NCBI RefSeq assembly: GCF_000181795.1
Contig: NW_003526943.1
Location: 4,640,670 to 4,704,669 of the forward strand
Direction of reading: 5' to 3'
Length of the DNA stretch: 64,000 nucleotides
DNA from: Trichinella spiralis
Taxonomy: Eukaryota
Shown here: in pieces, positions 18,408 through 31,489 of the stretch
Numbering within the stretch: the first letter of the stretch is position 1
How the letters are laid out: every line of letters begins with the position of its first letter
Position numbers and translations under genes: made by a program
The notes under the pieces: model-generated
Database searches by the model: none
Seen by the model: the letters and a program-made list of their open reading frames with translations, nothing else
Told to the model about the DNA's origin: nothing

Positions 18408-19719
18408 CTATCTTAGAGCAAAATGAAAGCGCTTCATTCTCCAATATAATAAGTAAAGATAAATAAAGAAAATGGTAATAAATTCTGCTGTATTTTTTCA
18501 TAATAAATAGCAAATTCAAGAAAATTTAAATGTTATTTTGAGAAAAATAAAAGTAACTGGTGAAAGCTATAATAAAAACTGCTTTTTTGATACAGTAATA
18601 TGAAAAAGAAGTTAAGCAACAACGTTGGAACAGATATGAAAATAGCTGATATTTTACAAACCTTTTTTGTTTTTGGCGCTGATTGCAAAACCAAACCCGA
18701 ACTACGTTTTTCTTCAGTTCCAACTTTTCTGCAATGGCTGCTATTTTTTCACCTGAAGGACGCGGTTGTACCGTAAAATATGCCTCTAATGAGCGCTTTT
18801 CCGGTGCCGCAATAGATGTTCTCTTGCGTTTTTTTTCTATGTTTGGCAATATGCCATTATTTTCTTTAAGTTTATTTTTTGCTACTGCTTCAGCTTGATC
18901 AAGCCAAGCGCTTAAGATTGGTCTCAAAGCAATCATGTTATTATGAGATAAAGTCAATGATTCAAACCGGCATATAGTCGACTGGCTGAGTGAACCTACA
19001 CCAGGAAGTTTAAGATTTGCCAGAGCTTTACCAACATCAGCCTGCGTGACACCGAGCTTTATGCGTCGCTGTTTGAAATGTTCGGCAAATGCTTCTAACT
19101 CTCTTGGATCTGTCTCCAAATCTTGCCCAATTTGCCTAGATGTTGATGGTCCGGTTCCATTTGTGGAAAATGATGCATGCTGATGATGGTTTGTTAATCC
19201 GGCAGTACTCATCTGACCAATAGCTGGGTGCTGGTACTGAACTAACTGATGATGATGTCCCATACCTGCTGCCATTGCCATTTGATGTTGATCTATCATT
19301 GTCGACATAGATGGCATTGAGCTACTTTCCAAATGAAAATCCATCGGAGCCGCCATGCCTACTTGACCATGTGAAACTGAGGGAGTAAGATGAGTGTAAG
19401 AAGAAAGCATTTCTGGCTTCAACACCGCATTTGAACCAGCTCCAGCAGCTGCCGCACGGTCTATAGTAGCGACAAATGCTGCTTCTGCTCTCACGGAAAA
19501 TATACCATCTTCAATACCACCAAAAAAATTTGGCTAAAATTTTTAAAATCAATACACAGAATAAGTTTACTTTGCTTTAAGAACTACCTGCATTGTTGCG
19601 TTGCTTATGCACTGACGTCGCATCTGCTCAGCCGCTGTTCGCGCATACTGTGTAGGTGAATAACGTCCCATGGTAATGGGTGGTGTTGGAAAAGGAGGGT
19701 ACAAGCGCTGCGTTTGCAT
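18408..19719 (-). CDS. unc-86: POU class IV homeodomain transcription factor (UNC-86/Brn3/Acj6)
   Basis: Exons 19719-19588 (MQTQ...GRYSP...MRRQC), 19533-18662 (POU-IV box NFFGGIEDGIFSVRAEA; POU-S DPRELEAFAEHFKQRRIKLGVTQADVG; homeodomain KRKRTSIAAPEKRSLE...VRVWFCNQRQKQK) and 18438-18408 (R|MKRFHFALR-TAG). All junctions are GT-AG and in frame. Confidence 0.96.
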
Positions 19720-19803
19720 TCCAAAAAGGTAAACAGTAAGTTAAGGTGCTTCCACAACGCTACCTTTTAGTTTCAGTTCGTCAGATCTGGATGACAGCAG
19801 ACT

Positions 19804-19862
19804 GCTTTATAACGGTCCAGCGTGCCAACTAATTATTGCACGTTCTTCATTATGCACCTGTT
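19804..19862 (-). promoter_or_regulatory. Candidate unc-86 core promoter: TATA-like box plus an overlapping E-box/POU-like site
   Basis: Minus-strand TTATAAAG lies about 90 bp upstream of the ATG. Minus-strand AACAGGTGCATAATGAA spans 19862-19846. Confidence 0.4.
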
Positions 19863-22800
19863 TTAAATCATCCTACTGTAAGTTCACGGTAATGACCATT
19901 GTCAGATGATGATTGGCCAGACGGTTGCGCAGGGCGATGTCATCACGTCAGGGACTGGTCGATCACGCGTCGCCTGTCACCATGCAATAACCATAGGCAA
20001 TTCATTGTAAAGAAGGACCTTTTTCATTCTTTTTTCCTCGATCGAAGTTTGTTTCGACAGCGAACAAGCTGGGTGGCATTATTTTAACTTCATGACGGAA
20101 GCAGATGACCAATCAACTGAATGAAATGTTCCTTATAATACATACTACATGAAGGTCAGTGCTGCAGAGGGACGTTTCCCGTTGATGACCTGATGACCGT
20201 TGGTCCTGTCGAAAGTGCGCCTTTTATTTCCGGTTAATTAGACAGCAGTGAATGAAGGTGCTTTGTCCTCTGTTCCAGTAGGTGACTAAATACAATCGTC
20301 GCTTTCACACTAACACTTGTTCATATTGGCTTTGTTTGGATTAGATCTATTCGATCTGGTGATGAAGGTGATTTTGACTTTGGTGGCTGAGAACAGAAAA
20401 TACCGAAATTGAGTTTTTGGACAAGGTCAGAACTGAGGTGGGAGGTTGAGTCCCTTGGGATACAGTCTAAATGATAACGTGGAAATGATGACCACAAATG
20501 CAGTATTTTTGCATTTATGCTACATTGATGATATTTCAATTAAACAAATTTACCACTGGACAAATAAAAATGAAAAAAATATTGAAAAAGTTATTCGATA
20601 TTTTATCGTTTTGATAAAGTAGAAATTAAATGAGAAATGCGTGGAACATTAAGGAGGAAATCAAATGAACTAACAAATGAGCGTTTCCAAAATGTGAAAA
20701 TTTTCAGACCGTGCCATTTTTAAATTGGAAAGTAAAGCGCATGCCTGGAATAAAAATCAATATGCATTTTCCTGATTTAAAGTTTGACACATCAGACAAT
20801 TCATACAATAAACAGCAACTCTATACTTTAAATGAAATTTTATATTTCATTAACTGTTTTCATTCACTTTAATTCACTATTAATTTAAATTTTGAAAGTT
20901 TTACATGCACTTTTGTCTAAAGCGTTTTTTAAATTTTAATAAAATAAAAGTTTTATAAATGTTTATTAACTTCTTTAAGGAGTCATGAAATGCATTTAGT
21001 GAAGCAATAAATGTTATTAATTTCAGTGCATCTGCTTCCACTTAATTTCTTTTCATGATAGTGGAAGTATTGCACTGTAAAAATGCTATATTTAAAAACT
21101 GTTTAAGTAACTTTGCTGTTTTTATGTTATTTAAAGAGCTAAAGCTAATGAATAATAGTTTTTAGTTCAATTTTTAACAGTTATACTTTTTTAATAGTAT
21201 TCATGCTTGCAAAAAATGCTTCAGTGCACTAAGAAAAATGCAGCTGCAGAAAGCATTATTTATTTATTGTCTATCAATGGAATGTTGACATAAAATCTAC
21301 TTTTTGCTTGTTGCATTTTTGTAGCGTATTATTGTTATTCTTCAATAAGTTCATCGTAAAGGACAATAAATGAAATAAATAAATAAGTAAATAGCTTATA
21401 TATTTAAATTTATTTAAAAATTTATTAAAATAAATTAATTAAGCAAATTTTTGGGAGTTACTAATTAGATAATCATGCTAAAGTTACGCAAGTTTTGATA
21501 AGTTTCAAATCATTATTTACATGATGACTTGTATATTTATATAGTTTCATATGATTTTGGTTTGCTTTTATTTAGTGTGATCCGCTTTAAGTTTGCTAAC
21601 GTATCACATAAATTTGAAAATGTGAATTTTCAAAATTGCACACAAAAACATTCACTTAAAGCATGATATTCCAACTTTAAGTATTTAAGAAATTTCAAAA
21701 TAAAATTCAGAATTTAAAAGGATTTTAAAATTATTTTTAAATGAAAAATATCTTTTTCAGAAAAGCTATACTTCATTATATAATTTGGATTAACTCTTTA
21801 GTTTCATCATTTTGTATAAAATATTATTGCTAAACGGAAATGCAATAACTAAAGATTAAAGGGCTAAAGTTTCCAGCTTCTAAACAAATAAATATAATAT
21901 TAAACGCTTAAAACATATGCATAATTTAAAATTTAAATGCGGCATGTGATTTAAAACCAAAAATATCTGAAAATAATAATTGTTTTGAAAAAATTATGAT
22001 AATTTGTAGCTTCAGATTTTTTAAGTTTTGCAACAATCTATATTCATCAACAATTTATACTAACAAGCAAAGCTAACTGTTACTTGCATGAAAAATTTAT
22101 TGGTAGTCAGCTGCTGCAAATATTATATCACTGTCAAGCGGTTTATGTTATTGCAATCACGTTGCTTTTCATTTTGTAGATTTCTTTTTTACTCTTGCAA
22201 TTTCTTATTCATACGAACTTCTTTATGATAAAAAAGAAATGAACTATTCAAAATATATACATCAAGTTATTTGATCATTTATGAAGTGCCCTTTCGTTAT
22301 CAACACGCAAAATGGGGTATACATAATAAAAGAAAGAGAACTTCATGCTATGAAGTATAACTGAAATAAGCACTGCAGTAGTAACACTTTGAATAAAAAA
22401 CACCATTATTTTCTCAGAGGGTTATCAGTTTATTTAGCATTTCAGCAAAAGTTTTTTTTTCATTGTTGTGATTCAATGTGCAAAACTTGTAGCCTGTCGA
22501 TTTTATTTATTGGTAATTTTCATTACACAAAAAATACTTTTAAAAATATTTTACTATATTTTCAACATTCTCTCCTAAATCAAGTGCTGCTAATACTATC
22601 TTTATATAAATAATGAAATCCTACCTCATATGTATATGCACTGATTTTGTATGGAAAATTTATTTAGTATACTTTATTTATTAATGAATTTTAAAATTTA
22701 AAGCACATTTACAAATTTTAAGGTTCTACATTAAGCTCAAAGATTAAATAGCTTTTTATGTGTGTTATTTTGCAACATTCTGATTATAGAAATTTCAAAA

Positions 22801-25800
22801 AAATTTAATGAATTCATATTTCTTTAGCATTTGCTGACAATATAATTGAGATTGCAACAACAGCAAAATGAGAATGTATTTGACTGTGCAAGAGAAATTA
22901 ATAAAATATTCAACAGTGGCGCAATTGAAGGAAACCTATTTCAGAATATAACAATTTAAGATTTAAATTTCTAAATTATGTTAAAAAAATAAGTGAAGAG
23001 AATTTTTAAAAATTCAGTTTACAATTCATTTTTAATACATTTTTAAAACTGCTTATCAAATTGAACCAGTATTTCTGTATAAAATGTCAAAGAAAGATCA
23101 GAGTTATAAAATATTCCCGTATTAAAAATGATATATAAATAAATTAAGAAGGTATGATTATTTAAAAGAGAACAGATCAAAACAGATGCAAGAATTCCTT
23201 TCTTACTTAAAGAAAGTACTTTAAGTAACAATGCATAAAATAACAGAGTGAATAAATTAAATCCATCTATAGTGTTTTAGCCAATGACGTCTGTAATTAT
23301 CATGTGAAGATCTTGTCATATAAAAGTGTCAAAGAAGAACAGTGCAGTTTGCTTATGCGATGGATCAATAATGGAAAGAATAACAATTGCTAATTTTCAA
23401 AATATCAATTGCCATCAGATATATCATTTCTCAGATGAAGTGAAGTGAAACAATTCATCAAAAAATTTTTATAACTTAAAAGCCATTGTTAAAAAATGAT
23501 AAGAAATTAAATAAAAGATATTTTACATGAAACAAAATTTAGTTCAATTGAAATTGTAAATTAAATTTTATTATTAGAGGAAATTAATAAATTATTCAAA
23601 AACGCAATTATATATCTGAATGTTTAAATTTTGTAGAATCTTTTATCAATGATTTTATGAATTATGGCAGCATCAGTAATAAATTAGAAAGTAAATGTCG
23701 AATAATATTGTTATAGAATAATATTTTAGCAGTTAAAGATGTTTCCACAATAAAAGCTTAAAGAATATTCTTAAAAGCATTAAACGACTGAAACAAATGA
23801 TAAACATGCAAGATGTGAATAAAACTTAATCCACAAAAAATTACAGAATTAGCTTCTTAATAAAACAGTGCCACAACATGCATATTTTTAATGCCAATCA
23901 ATATTTCATTTTCTGAAATAGATAAATAATGCAACGATGCTGGACACGGCTGATGAATGCCGCTTTAAAATATTTAAGTAATGTAATTAAATTTTTCATT
24001 GGCACATAACTGATCAGCAAGTTTAAGCAAAGAATTTATTAATTTATGTGAAAAAGAATATACCATGAACATTTTTGGGAAAAGTAATCAATGATTTATA
24101 TTATTAAAAATTTCGACTTTATTATTTAGTTCACAGTGAAATAAAAAAGCAGATAATTTATATCAAGCAAACGATAAATCATGAATTGATTTTAAAGCAT
24201 TCATTATTTTTATATGAATAATGCAAAACTATTGTACCATTATGTGGATAGATAGTATATTTTCAAATTTTGGAGAAACTTTTGCTCTTAAAGTGAATGC
24301 ACATCACTTTTTGCATCTTCATTTATGTAACATTTGCTGTTGTTATGAATAATTAAAAGTAATCTTCATATTTTATGATGTTACAACTTTTCATCCTAAT
24401 GTAATTTTTTCAGGGATTGATGAATATTTGAAGTCTGCAAAGATATGAAGATTTATTTTTGAAACGTGAAAGTATTGTTCAATACTTTGGTTAAATACGC
24501 TGCTAACTCACATATACGATAAAAATAAATCTAAAAAATATGCTATGAAACAGTAATAAAAAATTCATTTTTCAAGCATTTATATTAATTCATTTTCTAA
24601 AGTAACAGATGCATTATCAAAAATTTTGCATTTCATCAAAACCCTTTTATTTTAACTTAGTTCAATTTCAAATAAATGCTTTTGAATTTTTATATTTAGC
24701 AGTATATATTTAATAACATATAATAACAATCAAATGGACCATTATGATTGTTTTGAATTTTACGGTTGATTGGAGACTGTGCATGAATTCATTTTTATTG
24801 ATGCCATGGAAATATTTATTTATTCAGTTTGAGGTTAAATTAAAATAATAAAACTTTATTTTATAAAAGACGCCAAATTTTCGAAATATGAATATTCAAA
24901 TAACTTGCTGTGGAAATTAAAAAATAATATTTTCTAAGGATTTCAACACTTTAGCATTTTATTAATTTTTAATAGTAATATTTAAATAATAATGTGAATT
25001 CAAATCAACTGTAAAAGCATTTTATGCAGGTTTGTTCCAAATTCATCCTTCATCCAGAATGATGCACTGTAAGTTTTGATGCAAATGAAATTCAAACTTA
25101 AGATATAGGATATTTTGTAAATTTATATATTCCTTATATCTGCTACTAATTATGATAAAAGCAACGTTTGAAATGGATTTTGACTGCAGATAATAGTTTT
25201 ACAAATTTTTAGTCGCTAACTTGTACTTTTCAGCCAAACTGAAAATCAGCTTTTGTATTCAGCAACTAACGTATCAGGACCAGATAGATGATTGTTGAAT
25301 TGAAATGAAATAGATGCAAAAATTGAAAGTTGAAAGCAAACGGATATTTCCCAACAGAGTGAATATTGACTTGACATGGTATGATGAAAGTCATCAATTG
25401 AAGAAGTTACAGATAGATCAGACAACAATGCCATTCTGACTGTGTGCTGAAATAAAGGTAATTAGCAGGGCTGACTATCGATTAACAAGGTACGTTTATT
25501 TTCTGAGCAATAAAATATTTATGGTTATCCAGTTGAATGACGTGCGCGCCGTTTCGTTTCCATGCAACGTCAGAACGTTATTCTCACTGAATTACATACA
25601 GTAAGTTTATTACTCTTGAACAACAGCCAGCCTGTGAATGATTGGTTGGATATTGGTAAAATGAAAGTGCAAACAATGAGAATATGGCCGGTCACCATCG
25701 TCGCAGTGTCAAAACGCAGGCGAGCGTATTTCCGTTGAATCGTCCTCAGCTCTGCACTGCTTCGCTTATGATGCACCAATCAGATCTGCAACAGTTATTG

Positions 25801-28800
25801 ACTCACCAACTAACTACACTTTGCAAATTGTCCTCTGCATAGCTGGTCTTGTGCTGATGAAATTTTTATGAAACATTTGTGCTTACATAATAGTTGAACA
25901 AAAAATTTTCCAACGACAACGTTTTCACATGCTAATTATGTCCCGCTGTTGCCAAGCGATTCTACGGACAGTTAGCCAACTAACCAACCAAACGGCATGT
26001 GGATTTTATGAACCATAGCAGATCGAAGCAATTAATGTGATCATGTTAAAAATAAAAATAACAATTTTCTACCAATTTAACATGCTCCGGTCATCAAATA
26101 TTTAAATCTTTACAAGAAAAATTATAATTGCTCCATCTCAAATTTATCACCTTAAATTCTGCATGTTGAATGTAAACCATCCCCTTGGCTTGCAGGTTTC
26201 GCTATGAAAGAAACAGGAAATGTCAAGAAATCTTTTGAATTTACAATAATACTTTTCATCTAATGCAGACAGTTCTGATGAATACATTACAATATTATCC
26301 AGTCATAATTGCTTGTAAATTTTTAATCTGCTGTTATTATACTTATATAATGATGTCAAATTTACTGAATCAACGAACGACTATAGCTGATTTTCATTCT
26401 TCTTCATTCTTCTATAAATAATTAGTAATAAAAAATTGCAAACATCTGTAATGTTCGCGGTCATGGATTTTTAAAATCCCTATTAAAAAACGTTTATGAT
26501 CATTCAAATTTAATTAATAATGCTCGATGAATCCTATATTCAAATTTAATAAATAGTAACATTGAAGCACTTTTATATCAGTATTTTAAAAAATATTTTA
26601 TCATTAAACTGAAAAGGATTCTAAAAATTCTTCAATTCTGATCAAAAATTATTGATTTTTCATATATTATTAAGATTGTAAATAATAAATGGTGTTCGAA
26701 GATTTGTTTCAAATGCAATAGCAAATTCTCATTTATTGTTCATGCTTGTGAACTTTTGTTTATATGTAATAAGTGATAATATGATCACAAAATAACAATT
26801 TTTGAACAAAAACAAAAATCTCCATGTTCTAATATTTTTTAAATTTCAGAAAGGATCATTTTAATTATTTACATTTACTAATATGCATTAAACATTAATA
26901 AAAACAAAAGTAATCCAATTTTTTCTGCTACATTTTATAATATTTTTTGTTTCTGCTTCTCTTAATATTATTCTGATATTTTTTGCATGTAGAGACACTT
27001 AATTGCAATCTTTTCGACACTAAAAAGTATAAATTTAAATGTTTACGAACTTTAAGATCAATAATTAAGTTTATAATACTACTGTAAACTGACTTAAGTA
27101 TTTTTGTTTCACAAATTTTAAGTCGTTAATTTTTGTAAAATGCAAAAAAATATTTATTTATATGCTTACCATTCGATTTTGTTTAAAGTTAAGTCTCTGC
27201 TATATTTTATGTTAATTAACAAATCAAAAAATCTAGGTGTCATCATTTGCAATGCATTTAAAAAACAAATGAAATAATATACTCTAAAAAGAGTGTATTA
27301 AAAAATTTTAATGTTATCACAGAATAACATAAATTATATACAAACGTAGAAAAAATAATAACCAAAATAATTTTAATTTAGTGATTGAATAGAGCAATTC
27401 CTTATCAAATAAAAGTTTAATTGAAAAGTTTACATGTTGAGGTGGAAAAGTTTTATATTTTTTCTTCTGATACGTGATAATAGTATAAAATGTTTTGTGA
27501 AACTTTTCAAAAATCCAACTGAACAGTCAATTTTCAACAGCTATTAATTTCGCAATTGCGCTTTCAAAATATTTACACTTATGTCAATCAAAATATAATT
27601 TTATTTCAGATAATAAAACAGATTATTATGTGATTCTGTCAGAAAATTTTCACATCATCATCATATACTTAGGATCAAAGAAAAAATAATTTTAAAAAAT
27701 AGCATATAAAGTTGAACAAATGTGTTGCAGATATTATCTTTGCCCTTTAGTAAAGTGTAGTCTGAAATTTTAATATGCAAGGTAAAAAATCCGTGCAACA
27801 GCAAAGAATTTTAAATAGCAAAAAGTCCTGCCAAGGTCATTTTCGAACCAACAAAATTTACTGTCTGAATTGTATGTTTTAAAGTTTAGAATAAAAAATC
27901 TACATGAAACTACAAGTTCTGTCTTGCATAAATAATAATAAAACCATACTCTTTTAATATAAAAAAAAGGCTAAAAATTAATATCTCAGAATCACGGTGT
28001 AAACAAAGAAAGTGTTAAGCAAAAGTCTTGTTCTAAAAATTTATTTGCAAAAAAGAAATAACCCTAAAAGTACTGAAGAATGAGCGCTTATTTTAAGAAT
28101 ATTTTAAATCTGTTAAACAGCACAAATTGCTGGATGCTAAAAAAACGTGAGAACTAAGCAACATCATTTCAAATAAAAATGAATAAGCTTTCCAATAAAC
28201 CACTACTTTTGTGCGTAACATGAAACAAGACATCATCTTATTATTAGTGGCATAAATTATTTTGTTGTATTATTTGATGCAAGAATAAAAGGAAATTCGG
28301 AAATTTGTTGCGCACAAAATTATTAATCAATAAAAAATGAACAACAGAAATAATTAATAATTGAACGAGGACGTTTAATAAAATAAATATGCAATCATGC
28401 GTTCATTTGACCAAGTTCAATGTAATAAAAAGTAAAAATAGTGACAAATAATGCAAAAGTACCTCTAGCCAATAAAATGTTTATTTTGAAGAAATATTTT
28501 CAAAACTTGGCTAATTTTGGACTTAGCAAACTTTGCAGACTTGTAGAAACTTATTTCAAAACTTTATTTTCTGACAGACAATATCCATTAATTTATCAAA
28601 TATTTCACCTGACGGAACATCAAATAAATCAATAAAATATCATTTTTAATATATGTCAAAATATCTCTTACCATGAAAAGTAAAAATAAATTACATTAAA
28701 TATGAATTGAAATTAAACGTAGATCTTAAAATATTTATGTGAAATTGCTTATGTTGAATTAATATTGCAACGTATTTCAAAATTTCTCAAAGGCATAAGT

Positions 28801-29262
28801 AAAAAATTTTCAAAAAACATTTTAAAAAATATTAGTTCATTGGTAAATGCAATCAATTTGGATGTCAATTAAAAGTGATTTGCCAACCTTTCATTCAGTT
28901 TTAAAATATTATTTTAAAGTGAGAAAAATCTAGATGCGCAACAAAATGCAAAAATTACCAGTCCACTTCATTAATATATTTGTATACTTTTAAGTATTAC
29001 ATTTCACAAATATTTCATCAAAACTGCGATTCTTAAGTCCGTAATAGTATTTATCATTATACTGATCAAAAATTAACACAGTTCATAGTGACATAAATAC
29101 AAAATGCTAGTAAAAGTTCAAATTCGAAAACTAACAAAAGTTATATAAAAATGCAAAATTCAACTTAACAAAAAAGTGACATATTTTTTTCAAAAACGTC
29201 AACAACTGACAGAAATATGTCACGAAATAGTTTTGAAAAATTAACCCCCCAAGGAAAACAAT

Positions 29263-29736
29263 TTACTCTTCTTCGTTCATTACTTGGTCAAGTGCTTCTT
29301 TCAACGCTTGCCCTTCTTCGGCCAAAACGCGAAGAAGACGATTCTCTTCACGAAGATATGCTAATTCTTCGCAAAACTTTTTATTCTCTTCTAGGGCTGT
29401 CTGCAAAGCTAACCGTCGATTCTCGGCCATCATCTTCCAGTAATTTTCGCTAGGTATAGGTTCAGTCAACAAAGCAACCGTTTCATCTTCCTTGCTCGAC
29501 TGAATAGCATCGGTCTCTGTGCCAACACCAATTTCAACTGTATTAACAGCCACATCTGTCATTGTGGAAACATCCACTTTATTCGGTGAGACCTTCACTC
29601 TGCTGCCACTGAAAAATCGCTTGATGCGATTTTTCGGCACTTTCCCAGGTTTCGTATTTTCGTCGACTTCCACAGCACGAGAAACACCAACAAGGTGCGT
29701 GCCTTCTGGGGATGACTGAATATAACGAAGAGCCAT
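29263..29736 (-). CDS. GMNN: Geminin (DNA replication licensing inhibitor)
   Basis: Geminin coiled coil: LLTEPIPSENYWKMMAENRRLALQTALEENKKF...LREENRLLRVLAEE. The N-terminus LRYIQSS...HLVG resembles the vertebrate LKMIQPSA..SLVG segment. A splice or trans-splice acceptor (CTTCAGCAG) lies 8 nt before the ATG. Confidence 0.9.
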   Translation of the reverse strand: MALRYIQSSPEGTHLVGVSRAVEVDENTKPGKVPKNRIKRFFSGSRVKVSPNKVDVSTMTDVAVNTVEIGVGTETDAIQSSKEDETVALLTEPIPSENYWKMMAENRRLALQTALEENKKFCEELAYLREENRLLRVLAEEGQALKEALDQVMNEEE

Positions 29737-30189
29737 TTCAAGACCTGCTGAAGAAAATTTAATTAAGAACTACTCGCATTATTAATGCAACAATTGGATT
29801 ATTTGAAATAAAGATTAAAAACAAAATAAAATAAAATAAAATAATTAAAGCAAAGCACTGTAAAAACAAAGTTACTGAAAACTAAAAAGGAAACACAAAC
29901 AACGATCTTCAACTCCGCGCGTTACACAACAAACTGAAATTCACAATTAAAAGTTCATCATACAGTTAATGACATGCAGGTATAAAACATGTCGGTCAAT
30001 TTCATTCAAACTTACTGTAAACTAAGCTTGCAGAAACAAATAAAATTTATTTCACTGTTTATGAAAAAGTATAGTTCTGTTATTTTTTTTACTTTTTATA
30101 TTATTCATTTTGAATTTTTTCGCTTTTTGTTCATGCTTATCGTTTTTATACTTAACAAATTTTCAAATTATACTGTAGAAGCAAATTTC

Positions 30190-30551
30190 TGTCTCCAACG
30201 GTTGCGCGGAGAACAGACAGTACGTATTCTGACTCTCAAGATAAGTGGACTGTATTGTGCAAATAGCGACGGTTCAATTGACTGCTGATTGGCGCAAAGA
30301 ATAACGAGAATTTAGGAGCGGCTTTTATTAATAACTCAAAGGAGGATAGGCAAACACGATTCAAACACAAAGCAACTTTGTGCCGTACGCGCACGAAGAT
30401 CGCTCCTCACTCTGTATCTATCTGACACTCGCACACACTTCAACTGGCTGCTTTTATACAGCGTTCGAGCGTTCTTGTGCTTTTATCTTTGCGTAACTTA
30501 CGCAGCCTCTTTTTAACTCACGCACACACACACACGTGCTTGCCGGCAACA
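30190..30551 (-). mobile_element. LTR-like segment, probably the 3' LTR of the adjacent BEL/Pao element
   Basis: Bounded by TG...CA (minus strand TGTTG...GAGACA). Minus-strand TATAAAA (30458-30452) is followed by AATAAA (30329-30324). GC content steps sharply relative to the left flank. No target-site duplication, clear polypurine tract or second LTR was seen. Confidence 0.6.
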
Positions 30552-31200
30552 TGTGACTCTGCTACGAGGGGGTGCGATTTGAACTGCCGCCAACCTCGGT
30601 TAGTCTGCAGTCGCTGCATACTGCACCAAAGCATGCTTTCACATGCTGATACTTTTTCGTTGAGTCGCCGTTACCACCGGCTTATCCTTCAGACCGAGGG
30701 CGTCACAAAAGTCCCTAATGATCAAAGTTTGCCAGGAACCAGTGACAAGCAGAGAGCTTACCGTCATGGAGTTCTCACTGACTCTGAAAATCAGGCACGG
30801 GCAGTCTGAAAAATAACGTTTCTCCTATACAAGACCAGACAACCTCGAACTTTCTCTTCCGACTACACCGGGGCCGGTTCCTCAGTTCTCGGCTCGCTTG
30901 CTGTCGCGTACAGCAAGGCATGTTGCTGCTTACCACATCCTGACTTTGGACATGGTTTCTTCACGAAACATGTGACCAGACAAGTCTTCAAGCAGCAGTA
31001 GCTCAAACAGCGCTTCTGCGCATCGAGTTTGACAAACTCTCGGCACTGTACCGGAGAGTGCACCCCTGATAGTGACAGGGCAATGAATCTTCACCAACAT
31101 TTGAAACATTTCAGTGCCTGTATACCGAGCCTCTCAGTTTTCGCAGACCTTTCCCAGAATTCCAGAAATTTCTGCATTCGCTTCTTCCAATAATCCACGT
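30552..31200 (-). mobile_element. Degenerate BEL/Pao retrotransposon gag-protease remnant
   Basis: Pao-type Cys/His gag cluster (HSPVQCREF...CCLKT...CPKSGCGKQQHALL). It is followed by VIFQTARA-stop (about 30819-30793) and, after a frameshift, LLVTGSWQTLIIRDFCDALGLK (from about 30752), which matches the Pao aspartic protease LLD(S/T)GS...ADALGL with the catalytic Asp replaced by Val. The right-hand boundary is approximate. Confidence 0.8.
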
Positions 31201-31489
31201 TTCATTTTTTTGAGAACTTGATCGTTTAAATTTCAAAACGGTGTGTTATTGCTGTTTGTTTGCTTGTGAGAAAGCAATTTCCCAGCTCAAAAACAACAAA
31301 CAATCACGTCAATCGGTCAGTTGCTTTCAAATCAAAAAATGAAAAATAAATATTAAAAACAGTTTTTCTGAAGTTTGATTTAAAAAAATAATTTATTGTA
31401 AATTTTATAAATTTCAATAAAATGCAAAAGGAATAATACATTGAACAGTAAGCAGACAGTGAAGCAGAACTGATTGAGAAATGAATTTT

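Noticed and set aside
18526..18661. Hydrophobic C-terminal extension of the unc-86 ORF in the ORF track
   Set aside because: It is intron read-through; splicing to 18438 restores the conserved KQKRMK.
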